Shown: positions 32,200-45,132, counted from the stretch's first letter. The stretch: DNA of 64,000 nucleotides from Bispira polyomma (GCA_965649765.1 OZ287752.1:40548001-40612000), one strand, 5' to 3'. Numbers and translations are program-made. Notes: generated by a model from the sequence alone, not told the origin.

Positions 32200-35100
32200 G
32201 AACAGGGACTTACAAAAAAAAAAACCCTTATAAACAGGAAGATTTAGCCTTTTACAGGTATTTTAATGCAAAGTTTTTATTTTTACATTAAGTTTCTCAG
32301 CCCATAAAGTAAGAGATAGTAAATTCAGGGTAAAGTTGGTAGATGGTAAAGTTAGAGGTGATATGAGTAGAAGACAGTAAACGATTTCTATTGAGGATTT
32401 TTTTACAGGTTAATATTTATGTACATGTTGACAATAAAATGAGTTAAAATTGAATGTAAATGAAAATTTTAAGCCCCATACGGGCTAATAACACAGCAGG
32501 GAAATGCATCCTGCAATCAAACAAGGACTAGCCATAATAAAACAAATTAAAAGCCCAGTACAGACCCCATAGTCATACTTCACTTTCAGGTTAGTAAATA
32601 ATTCATCCAACATCATGTGAGTAGTTATGTTATCAATTGTAGGAAATTTGAGAACAAACCTTACCCCGTCAAATAATGTTTTGTTGACGTTTTCGTTGAC
32701 TGAACGCCCATAAGGGTGTGACAAATTCAAAATTACTCTACGACTGTTTGTGTCCTTAGTATGGGTGAGGAGTGGTGAGCAATGGTAATGAGAGGACTTA
32801 ACCTCTTCCACTGGACCTAACATGGCCCCATGACTATGTTCTTTCTCAAGATATTCCCCTACACTCTTAGTGTGTTGGAGGGCAGAGTAGTGGTTCACCA
32901 CTGTATTATTATGTAACTTATCAGGGTCAGTTAGAGAAAGGGGGAAGCCAAACTTTATGTATTGACATAACAGCTTGTCAGGATAATCCCTAAATGTACT
33001 TTCCCAGGCGTCTATGTTAAGACCAGACAGAAGGGGGATTCTAGCCTGCTTGTAATTAGGGACAGCTGTATCTCTAATGACACTAGCTACCTGCAGCATG
33101 TCCTCTACCGTGTTGATGGCCACTGGGGATCTATCTGGCCCCACGAAGTTGAAGTCAGTGGAAGACAGAGCCAAAAATCCTACCTGCTTATTTTGTACAT
33201 TAAAATCCCTTACTTCCTTATACTGATTGCTATCTAATTCACCCTTATATAACATCTGTGAGAAGTGTTCGCTCGGTGTGTATATTTTATCACAATTCAG
33301 ACTAGCACTAGTCTTGTTCAAGTCGGGTTCGCTCGCTATGTATGTTTTATCACAACCAGGACTATTACTAGTCTTGTACCATTCAGGTTTACTTACTTTT
33401 GTATGTTCAACAGCCTCATCTACACATGTGTGTGTTTCTTCAACAGACTCCTCAATCAGAGTGTCTATCAATCTGGTCATATATTCATTATAGTCATAGA
33501 CAAGCTGTTTAATGCAAGCCCTATCTCTCTTAAAATAATAGAAAGTGTCAGCTGCCTGCCTCATTGCTGTGGGATGATGAACTTCCACCTTGCTGTAACC
33601 AATAGTATTTAAAGAAACCATTTAGACCAACATTATGGTTGTAAATGTTTGAATAATGCAAAGTTCTCTCTGTGGTGGAATTTCAACACTGCCATAACTA
33701 ACCTTGGCAGTGGTCACGTCAAAGTAGGTGTGAAAGAAACCCTTTACTAATCCAGAGTTATCACTGATATAAACAATAGGAGCCATTGAATGAATTCGTG
33801 GACTATAACTTTGCCAATTCGTTGTGGATACTTGAACTTCCAGTTCCTTTAAATTCAATTTTTCATGACTGTGACCATTGCTACATACATATAAAACCCT
33901 ACCTCTGGTGTAGTGAGGGTCACAGGCTGATTAATTGGTTGCCTGGGGCCCTCATTCCTAAGAACGGTTACCGACTAGAAACTTGCAGATTCATACAGCC
34001 CCTGCACTGGTTCTGATGATCTGTGAGGCACATTAGAGGAACCCTGCAACTGAATAAATTGTTGAATAACATTAATGTCATTTTGGCTATCATCATAGCC
34101 TACATCCATACATACAAATTTATTACTAGTTACATTTGCTTTGCTTACAACACTAGATGTTTTACTTTTAGCTGCAATGTCAATCTCTCTTTTTGGAACA
34201 TTATTATTGTGATTTATGATTGTATTATCACTCTCTATTGGCTGTAATACACTACTACTGTTACTCAAATCTGTCATTACATTACTCATTAAATACTGGT
34301 GGCTATCTACAATACTACCCTCGCCACTCACTGATATTGTGCGTTTAACTGGTTGTGAACCATTGTCCTAGTTGTTGGTCATCTGCTTGTCGGGTTGTTT
34401 ACTCAGGTTGGCCTTGAAGCACTTAAACTCCGGATGTGTAGAGTCTTTACATAGGGTTTTACTACAGTACCAGCAAACATGCCGATAAGAGCCATGGTCG
34501 GCCTTATGTGTACATTTTCCATTATTGAACAAGTTACATATCGACTTGTTTTCCGACGAAGAACTGGTCCCGTGTTGACTGCCATGTTGACTGTTCACCA
34601 TGGCCATCTGAGAGGCACTGATGCGGTTTCAAGACCACTGTGTATTGTCCTGCCAGGACAAGGGAGGGATGCAGCATCCCGAAGCGCGTGTAATACTTGG
34701 TTGATCATAAATTTCATGGTGTTGTGGTCTTTTACTAATAGAGAGTTGGCCAGCTGACCAGCTGCCCATTGGGGCAAAGTGAGGTCGTCGAAAGCCGGCC
34801 TACATTTCACTGAACCCCCGCCCCACCCCTCATTGGGCCATCTTAGAGTAGGGTCAGCTAGTGAAATGTCTGTCGTGTTGAATCTGCCCGACTTTTGTCT
34901 AAAAGAGTGCTTACCGTTTGTCAGGTTCCTCTGGGCTAGAGCCTCGTACTCAACTAGCTGCTTGTTCACGGCCGCTTGTACATTCGGGAACGAGTGCAGG
35001 GCGTCTAAGCTAGGTACGATACCGTCTCTGTTGTAGCCTTGATCCGTTCTGCTTGCCATGGGAGGAGCCATCGTGGGAACCGGTTGCACACACTGAGGTT

Positions 35101-35878
35101 GAGCGATGCCGTTGTATCTGTGAGGGGGAGGTGGGAGCGAGTAGCCCTCTGACCCCTGAGTCTGTATGACTGTACCATCCCTCATCACGTGAGTAGGGGA
35201 GCTAGCAGGCGTGACGTTGCCTTGCTGTTCTTCCACACGCTGGAGGCGCCTAGTTATGTTGTCATTAGACGATTTGAGATCATGCAAAATCACCATCATC
35301 TCACCCATGTTTTGGTTGTCACTGGACTGTGAACTCGGACCCGGACGAGAAGAGGCGGTGAACTGGTAACCGTGTTGTTCTGAAAATCCGTCAGTCAGAT
35401 TAAGCAATACAGAATCTGTGATGGGGACGCCGGAGTGTGAAAGCGTGGCTTGTTTGTGTAAACTGTTTGCAATGTTTGTTACCTGAGTGCCGGCCCCACT
35501 CTTTGACCCTTTCGTGGAAGCCGTTGTTCTAGTCGTTTCTTTAGCTTCTCGCTTTGCCCTGGTGTCTTTTTCGTTCGCCCCATAGTGATCACTGTGTAAC
35601 ACGTATTAATTAAAACAACACTAAAATAAAAAATAAAACAGAACAATCATGTAAAATCTGATTATTCTTCTTGGAATTTTCCTTAGACCTGTTGGCAGGT
35701 CAAATTATAAATTCAATATGGAGGGAAGCTGCTGACCAGGCCTGTGAGTGGTCAGCAGCTGGATAGACAGATTGAAGGATTATGCCAATGCATTCGCTAG
35801 GGCATAAGGTAGATCTAATGTTTTAATAAAAGGGGGTTTTGGACTGAACTATCAGTCACCTGAAGTTGACTTGCTATG
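32200..35878 (-). mobile_element. Ngaro-type element (Ngaro-3), RT core/RH/YR deleted; 3' boundary uncertain
   Basis: Gag 34368-35602 and pol pieces 32620-34367 are homologous to Ngaro-2 (FVGPDR, PNYKQARIP, KFGFPLSL, HCSPLLT, RRVILNLSHP, KFPTID, then homology stops). The 5' end at ~35820-35878 resembles the Ngaro-2 5' end. Confidence 0.88.
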
Positions 35879-38003
35879 CAATTTGAGAATAGTTTCATTT
35901 CTTTTCAGTACACAACTTTTTTTCCATTAGCTATAATTACAAAAATACATGTTTTGAAACCCAAAATGGTTTGGGAGTCATCTTGTCCTTGAAGGCTTTG
36001 TTTAGATCAACTACCCGAATCAGGTTTTGTATCTGGCTGAAGAGATTGGGGAGATAGCATTGTCATTATGATATCCACTGTAAGTGTAATGGCATGGAAA
36101 TTCTAAATGAAGTTTCTTGGTGAAGCACAAGGACTCTTCGGACAAGGGCGGGTTCACTAAAAGTTGTGTTCATATAACATCATTGTTAGAGTATTTCCAG
36201 CAAAAAGTCCAGGCAAATAGGCTTGGAAACCCGTTAAGAAGATGTCGTGTATGCAAAATAGACAGCTGAAAAAAACAAAAAGGAACAAAAGATGAGAATT
36301 TTTTAGATGTCGTTTAACTTTTTGACTGAAATAACAGTTGATCTTAAACAAGATATATGTTGGTGTAACCTTTAAAACAGAGATGTTGATTTATTTATCT
36401 GAACCTTTAACGTTAATTAGATAAAATTAACCTTTAAGAAAGAGATATCGATGAACCTTTAAGAAAGAGTGAATAGTTTATTTATTTTATACCTAAGGCC
36501 ACCGAATTAACTGTATCTAAGGTAGTATACAGTGATTTAAACAGTTCGAAGTTGATTTGACCTTGAATAAATAGAGAAGTTGGTATTCTATAGATTAGTG
36601 TTTGGTTAAGCATATATATAATTAAACATACGGTTTGGAGAGTTAAAATAAAATAATAATAAAGTTATAAGGAAAATGAGAAAGAGTACAAGTCGAATAA
36701 ATGGCTAGAGTTAATGATGCAATACAAACGATTTGTATGTACATGGTTTCCCATGGTCTAGTGGTTAGGGAGTAGGTCGAGTGATCAACAGGTCCCCAGC
36801 TTGACTCCTGGTAGTTAGTGACCTCTTAAAAACTGGATCTTTCTTTTTCTAGTCGTGTGTCCAGTCTATGCAAAATTGCATTGTATTATATTGTGTTTTG
36901 TATTAACTATATACAATACAGTTATGAATATATATGTCGTATATTATGTGACATATTTACAGCATTTGTATTTCAATGGATGTGGACACTGCAATCAACT
37001 TGGCAAATGCACTGGTGAGCAGTAGGCTCGACTGCTGCAATTGGCTGCTCATTGGCCTTTCCAGCTTTACACAGATTGTAGGTCATTAATAGCTCACTTT
37101 GTCGAATAGTCATTAGGACTCCTTGTTTTGTTTACATTATTTTCCGCATAAATAACTCCACTGGTTACCTGTTAGGTACAGAATCATTTTTAGAATGCAC
37201 TTCCTGTCTTACAAAACAATAAACTTTCTCCAACCAGTTTACCCCCCAAAAATTATACATCCAATCAGTTCAATCAGAGTGACTCGTCCAGCTCTCCATA
37301 CAGTAGCTATTTCGACAAATCAGAATCTTATATGGCTCTTTCTCTCTTAAGCTTCATTTTCTCAATGAAGCCTTTCATACCCAGCCTTGGCTGAATGCTA
37401 ATCTTTTTGTTAACGAGCTTAGCTATACCACTCATATTCTTAATATTGTCTATGATTAGAATAGTATGCCACATTGAGTTTTCATAGAGGGACGATTAAG
37501 GACCTTAATCACTGGGAGAATCTGTTCTATCACCAAACCACTGTTAGACACTCAACAATCTCTGCCTAATATCAAAACAATACTATTTATGTTATTTGTG
37601 TACTTTTGTATTCGTATTGAAATGTATACAGATTTATCTGTTTACCTTTGCCTGGCATGCAAGACACCAATTAACATGTTCTTACCTGCACAATCACAGT
37701 CACTCAGCACCAGTAGCTGTCATTCCACTATCTAAGGATGGAGGCTTGAGGATGGTTATTCCCAAGGGGTTTTAGCCTGCCACTGGGGATATGATCCAAT
37801 AGCACCCTTTCAAGTAGTCATATAATTTACTATAATGTATTTGCCTGTACTTGGGAGGTTTGTGCTGGGATCAAACTCAGATCCTTTCTTTTGCTAAGTA
37901 TGTGTGCTAGTGACAGTGACAGCTATACCTGTGCTGCAACACACCTGCAACCCAGCAGGTGTATGTCGACAACATGGACATAGCAAGCCCTATCAGGGAA
38001 AAA

Positions 38004-38160
38004 GTCAGTCAAAGTTTAGGGTTTTACGTCCCGTTCAACAGCCAGGGTCACATTTGGGATAGGCCCTCAGCACTTGCCACTTGAGGGAGGCAAACCCACA
38101 CAGAGGTGACAGCCTGTGATTAGATGCCAAACTTGCTAACCACTTGGCCACTGAGGACCT
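38004..38160 (-). mobile_element. Short tRNA-derived SINE with a perfect 16-bp TSD
   Basis: TSD CCCTATCAGGGAAAAA at 37988-38003 and 38161-38176. A-box TGGCCAAGTGG; tail GCTGTTGAACGGGACGTAAAACC. Confidence 0.9.
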
Positions 38161-39256
38161 CCCTATCAGGGAAAAACACACATTACATTTGTCTATAATT
38201 GATGCTGTAATAGAATCTCGTTACTGGGAGACATTAGAGATGTAAAGATTGAAATTAAATTTTGGATTCCAACTTAATTATTTTCTTTGCAGTGATATTT
38301 CACCTGATCAATTCCCTTGATAATATTCCAGATCATTGTAGATTTTGTTAAAATGAACGCAGCATGTTATCTGCGTGGTTATGTTAAAAAAGAAAGGAGA
38401 AGCTAATTGGTATCTTTAGACCTAGGAGCTCTCTTTCAACATATACTGTTACTGCTTTTTTATAGAGAGGCATTATTGTTGCATGAGGATACCTAGACTT
38501 CAACACAATATTTTGTGACATGAAAAGAAACTATTTTACTTTTTTTCTGACTGATGCAAATTTTTTATGAATGAGGTCCTTCTGTGTTGCACAGATTGAA
38601 TAGAACGGAAATAGGTATTTAAACTCACAGACTGAAGCCCGAAAATTTTTTTAATCATCCATTATCATAAAACCTTACAAATTCAATTAGAGAATCCCAC
38701 GCAAAGTAACAATTGCTAAGTTGATGTGTCATCAGCCTATAGTAGAGTTTAATTACCTGTCACAAGCCTTTCTAAGAGGAATATAAAAGTCAGGTAGGAA
38801 TTTGCTCGGATTTCTAAAGGATGACGTTTCTTTGTCTGGTTCGCTTTCGTTCAGATGAAATTCCTTCCATTAATTTATTATATATAATTACTAGGACACA
38901 CAAATATAACTAACAGAATCACAAAAAGTCAGGTTTTTCTGTCATACACAAAAGCTGACGTCAATGCCTTTAATAAGATAATTGCCACTCTCATGAATCT
39001 TTAATATGCAAAATGAGTTAATGTTCACCCAGTCTAAATAGAGTAGTCAGTTTAGTCAGACACAAAAAAACCTGTGGTTTGTGGCAACAAGTGTTTAATC
39101 TGACTCATTTTTGTATGTTAGGTTAAGTTATGTTTCATTTCTTGATAAAAATTCACCATCTTCAACACATGACACATGACAGCAATGACAAAGTTTACGT
39201 GTTTATGACGCCAGCTTCCCTCAAAACGGTGCCAGTTGCCACTGGCAACGCCTAGT

Positions 39257-39260
<4 letters not shown>

Positions 39261-39333
<73 letters not shown>
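39261..39333. repeat. (AT)n microsatellite
   Basis: Direct inspection. Confidence 0.98.
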
Positions 39334-39336
<3 letters not shown>

Positions 39337-40296
39337 GAAGGATTTTTAATATGCTAAATTGATGAAAACCTGAAAAGATTAGTTTTCAAATAACTGTCAT
39401 ATACAACAAAACATGACAAAAAAATTTGAAAAACGACAATATATAGTGATTACACGACACTACACTATACAGCAATTTGACAAAATAAAAAAGCGTTATG
39501 TTGAATTATTGAATGGGCGTTGCACTTTCTTTAGTTTTGATATGAATTATGTTGTATTGTGTCGTGCTTGATGTGAATATTACTGTGCCATGTCATTCCC
39601 TGTCGTGTCAGTCAGCAGTCTATAAAGCCTTAACTGCATGCATGTTAAGCATGTTTTCCGATGTCTCTATTTAAAGACTGAGTAGACCTATTGCCACACG
39701 TCAGGATACTGGTCTTATTATATCTGGTATATGGGAAGATTGGTACAAATTGATGTCTACGGAACTTGTGCCTTTGTGGCTCAGCCCCAAAAGTTTTAGG
39801 CAGTATAGCTTGGTTATTATGCCACTGTCGGTGGTTAATCGCATATTCCTTGTTTGAGAAGACAGGTGTACAGTACAAATGTTATCAATTGTTTTGTAAT
39901 TTTATTATTTTATGTTTAACTTTTACTAAGATTATCAGCTGAAGAACTTTTCTCACATTTTTGTTCATTTTTGCTTAGCTAGTCCTGGTTAAAATGTAAA
40001 TGATCGAAGAATATGGCTTTCGACTAATTATATTATGTAGCTTTAGGGTAGAATATTATTCTCATTCGATATATTACTAAGTATGATATTTTTTGATGAT
40101 AACATTAAACTGACTGAATTGCCTAAATCACTGACCTTGATCATAGCTGACTGATTCAACATGAGTACCTTAATAGGGTATACTTAAAATAATAAGAGTA
40201 ACTATGAGTAACCAGTGAGTCCTATGTAGTTAAGATGATAAACTGCTCAGATGATCGAACTGATAAAAGTACAGTAGAGTTTTGCACCCTGATGAT

Positions 40297-40520
40297 AGTG
40301 GCCATAGTGGTCTAGTGGTTACAATCACCTGCTTTACACGATCACTGGCGTCTCACCAATGCGAGTTCGAATCCAGTTTGTTGCTTTGTGTGGGGAAGTT
40401 TGTCAGGTACTTGGTGTAGGTCGGTGATTTAGAGTGCTTCAGCACTAATTTTCTCCACCATTGAATCTGGCCGGTTGTAATATGACTTAAGCTGTTGAAA
40501 GCGCCGTAAAGCCTTACTAA
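40297..40520 (+). mobile_element. tRNA-derived SINE (related pieces at 55255-55395, 56630-56730, 61680-61830)
   Basis: A-box TGGTCTAGTGG, B-box AGTTCGAATCC, core GGGGAAGTTTGTCAG...GGTCGGTG...CTCCACCA, tail GCTGTTGAAAGCG. Confidence 0.85.
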
Positions 40521-43500
40521 GTTCAAACTATAAGCACCCTTCAGTTATAATATAATATTTTAGTTTTTAAGGTACCAAGTGTAATATTTGTAACGGAGTG
40601 TGTAATAAAAAGTTAATAAAGGAAAAACCCATTTTGCCACAGGAGAATTGAAAAAACACCCAACATATAAATACCTCTGACAAAAATCAGGACCTGAACT
40701 TTTAGCAATGCTATGGGCGTGGCCATTAATTTGATGGCATTGTTTTCACATGCACTACGTTCTAATTTTGATGAATGGTCCATTACAGCAAAACCTCAAG
40801 TAACAGAAATCCTTAAGGAAAACAATAAAACAGACAGATGTTGTGAAACATTCAAGAAAAAACTCCGAGCAAATGACAAGAGTTAGCAACTTTTCCTAAC
40901 TAACCTCTTGTCTGGATTTCCTAAGGGGGAATAGATAATGACAGGATTTATGCATCTTCAAAAAGATTCTCATTGGCAAAATAGAGTAAAAGTTAAAGTC
41001 TCATTAATTATTAAGATTACGACCCATTTTTTTTTTTTTTTGTTAAATAAAGTGTTTGATCTGCACAAGAAGAAATGACCTTATTTGCTCCTCAAAATAT
41101 TTTTTAATGTTTATATTGCTTTTAAGCTTCAGACATTATTGTTTTACAGCTTAAGGCACTTGCTGTACTTTGTGCAATATTTATTGCTATTTTCTAGGAA
41201 CTTAGCTTAAGTTCTGCAACAAAATTATACAGAGAATAAAATAAAACTGACTGTGCAATCTTACAAGTTAACTGAAAAAGATATCGATGGTAACAAAATA
41301 AATTATCATCAAATAAAACTACTCTGGTAGATCATAACTTAAATTGCAGATTACTCTATACTCAATCCCAAAGGTGAGCCTTGGTGATGTTGTGGTAACA
41401 CAATCACCTCTCACCTCTGCCATTATGTGTTGCAATATTGTCCCTGGTGTGCATTTGGGAAACTTGCTTTTTATCTTGCTGAAGGCTGGTCGTTTGCAGA
41501 GCAGAAAACCTAATTCCGCTTCTCTGATGTTTTCCAATTGGTGAACCCTCCGTGATGGTATTAAGACATTTTGAAAACAATGTAAAAGACCAAAACTAAA
41601 CCTTAACACCAAAAGTGACTACAAACAGTGATAACTACAATTAAATTTCTACTACTTATACATTACACCTTGACAGAGTACATGTTACCATATTATTGTT
41701 TTGGTAACAACGTTTATTGATTAGCAGTTGATGCCACATCTTATTCAACAACAATATGTTAAATTTTGGGTTAAATTTTGAAAGAACTTTGCTGTCATAG
41801 TGTTGCAGATAACTGTACGCAGTTGTTAAGATGTGCCAGTGTTTTAAAGTTCATAAATACATAGACATGTGCATTCACATCTTGGGGATGGACAAATAGC
41901 ATGCATGTAAGAACAGCTGAAATCTAAATTTGTTGTTGTATAGGTAATCTTTTTGGTCTGTCAAACATTTTCAAGGAAAAAAAACAACAACCCTCTATTC
42001 CAGCATGTGCCTGCGGTTTTGGTTTTATGGTAGTTAGCTGTTTAAATTTCTGAACTGACAGAATAGAATGTAGAATAAAAGGATTAATCTGAAAAGCTCA
42101 CTAGTCATCAATGCTTAAACCCTAAATCATTAATTGAGATTCACTACGCTTTTTTTGTAACCTCTCATTTATTTTTATAAGTCATTAAAAGAAGTCCCCC
42201 TAGTAGAAGACATAAAACATTAAGACCAGATCGTTAAAAGTGACCGTGGATCCAAATTTTTTTGTTTTTTTTTTATTTATTAGGTTTACACTGGATTATA
42301 AAGTTCTTACTATAACAGGTAATATGCACTTGAATGATCCCATAACAATTTATGTATACATAAACGAAGAATAGATCAATTGTTTTCATAAATAAATATA
42401 TCTATTTATGATGATTGATTATTTACTATTACCATTAAACAGACTCTTGTTACTATTTGTTTAGTACAACCAAAATGACCCAGTTCACAAATGTCCCCAT
42501 ACTAATGTCATACATGCTCTTCCACTCTTCTCCATTAACTTAATGACATATAGATTATTCATTGCCAGTGACAGATATGTCACTATTAATATTCTGTTGC
42601 AACTATAGCATGATTTTCCTGTTTTAAGGTAACCAGTCAAATCATAACTTCTGTGAAAATGTTTTTTTTTTTTGTATTTTTTTTTACCGGATGTTGGAAG
42701 TAGACCAAATTACTCATAAAGTATGGAATAAGGGCTAAATAGGGTCAATTTAGTTACAGGAAAAAATTGGCTAGTTGTGTACTGAGGTTACATATTAAAT
42801 GATATACGATATATATACTACACAAATAGCCATGAACTTTTTTTAAATGATAAAAAATATTAATAATTAACTACATGTATTCAAATATTTTAAATAGAAA
42901 CTAGATAGTTTTTTTTCACATTTAAGGTTTTAGACACAGATTGTTAAAATATAGATTTTTGTTTTTCGAAGAAGAAAGATGGCGACATAGGGTCTACTGA
43001 TAATGTTTCTGCATACATGTCATAACCAAGAATTTAGTGACTAAAATACAGCTTAAAGGCAAGTAAATGACTATGAAAAGTGTCATTAATTCAAGAGCAA
43101 TATTTGTAAATTTGCAAAACAAGAACAAAATGTTGTTTTGTGTGCCTTAAGATACACATAAATATTTTTGTGAAATTAGAAACATCAGAGATTCAGTGTA
43201 AAATACTGCTATATCTCATCTTTGAACAACTCTTATCTTTTCACTGCTGTTGTTTTGAGTTTCTGTCATAAATTACATGGCTTTACTTCTAAAAAACCCT
43301 TACCAAACTTTCCCTGGGCAAAAAATGACAGGTTGTTGTGACCCCCATTTTGCCATTTGCAACACTGAGAGACAAAACAAATAATTGATGTGAAACATGC
43401 TAAAAGACAGTAATTAGTGACACCAGCCTTTCATCATTCCTACTTGCATCCTGGGTAATTAGATGCTCTTATGTACTGTCTTATCTTTAAATCAGACCTG

Positions 43501-45132
43501 TAGAATGTGTCCATTATTTCTTGATGTACCCTTTTTATTAGAGTTTTTCATTATATATCAATTGTTTTCAAATTGGGATGTGACATTTATGAACTTACAT
43601 TTATTAACCCATTGCCCGAAAGGCAGTTTTATATTGAAAGTGCTGCATCGACATGTCCGTCTTGAGAATGCCATTGATATCCTTCATGGTAAATTATGTC
43701 ATTAATGAAGAATCATGAATATACTTTATTTACATTAATGTACAAAGGATGCATTTCTTAATGTAAATGAAGTTTCAGGTTTTTTTGTGCAGTGGTGTCT
43801 TTGGCTCTCCTGGAGTTAATCCAAGAAACCTTTTATTGGACATTTCCAGTTTCAGGGGATATTAGGGGGATTGGTAGGTGACGGTAACATAGTCATTGTT
43901 CTTACTTTATCGAGGAAAGGCAGCAGTAAATAATGGCCTTTATTTGTCAAATCAACAAAATTTTATATCTACCACTGTTTTAAAGAGCACATACTTCACA
44001 TAGGAGATGGGTTTCCGGTATAATAACAGATGGACACTCGTATCAAGCCTGTTTGTTGTGTTAATTTATGCATACAAAACTTCTCTTCAGTGGGAAGTAT
44101 TGCATGAACTATCACAAAACCCAAAGGGGCTAGTTTTAAATGATACAATGCCCACACCTCCAACCAATAAGATTTCAGGCAATATAACTTTTCTATAAGC
44201 AATGTGACAGTAATGTTGACCAACAAATAGTATTTCAGTATGATGAAGATATGAACACTACATGCTGATTTATGAAGTCTTTCATCATAATACTCTTGCA
44301 GACCTACCGGAACTTACGCTTCATGGCTGTACAGTAAGGATGTTATAACTTCTGGCAAAGCCCAATAGATTCATCTTTTAAGCTTCCTCACCTAGCATAC
44401 ATATCCAGAGTTCAGAGTCATATGCTCTGAATGAGAAAAGGCAGATACAATTTTCAAGGAGCAACATTTTTCTCAAGCTTCAAAACATACCCTTAAAGCA
44501 AGATGAAGGTGTCCCACCACTGCCAATATTTGGACAAAAAATACAAAATATCTCAAAGAAAAGACATACAGGATAAAAAAAACTCAACCTAAAATGTATA
44601 AATTGCAGATGTGTAAATGTATTTCAATATAACATGTATGGTACTTTACTATTTTAGTACAAGGGTCTAACAATATCCAAGAATTTTGGAGATTCCTATG
44701 ATCTTCAGCACACAACGGAAGCTCCAATTTGATAAGAGCCACTACAGTGGTTCCTGTTTTATATCAATTACCACACAACACAGGAAATGCATTAGACTGG
44801 TGTGGGAAGGGAACTTATTTTCTCTGTCAGGACTGTTTTTTGATAAATCTTGTGATGTTCCTGTTCCTTTCAAACTACCATGAATATGGAGATGGGTTGA
44901 GGGGTGGTGATATAGGTATCTTTGATTGCTCCTGGCAAGCTAGTAAGTTGTAGTTTTAGTGGTAGTCAAAAAAATTTCTCTTTCGTGTTTGACAAAAATA
45001 AAGTGGAGTTGTGGGCTTTAAGGTAGTGTCTATATATTTTAAGTTTTCTCTACATAGCAATTTTTCTTGTAAGTTAAGTGTTCCTTCAGCTTATGGTAGC
45101 CTTTCTGATATTTTTGAAATTAGTTTATTTAT

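Noticed and set aside
32485-32620. Env-like or transmembrane tail on the Ngaro-3 pol ORF
   Set aside because: The hydrophobic tail begins exactly where RT homology breaks; it is best explained as read-through across a deletion junction.
12697-35036. Plus-strand ORFs antisense to TE genes (e.g. 14656..15045, 26555..26893, 33265..33612)
   Set aside because: Short, not conserved between homologous elements, and expected as shadows of coding strands.
36745-36815. tRNA genes (also ~18845, ~40297, ~53430, ~57045, ~61680)
   Set aside because: A/B boxes are present but I could not fold a complete cloverleaf, and most run into shared SINE bodies.
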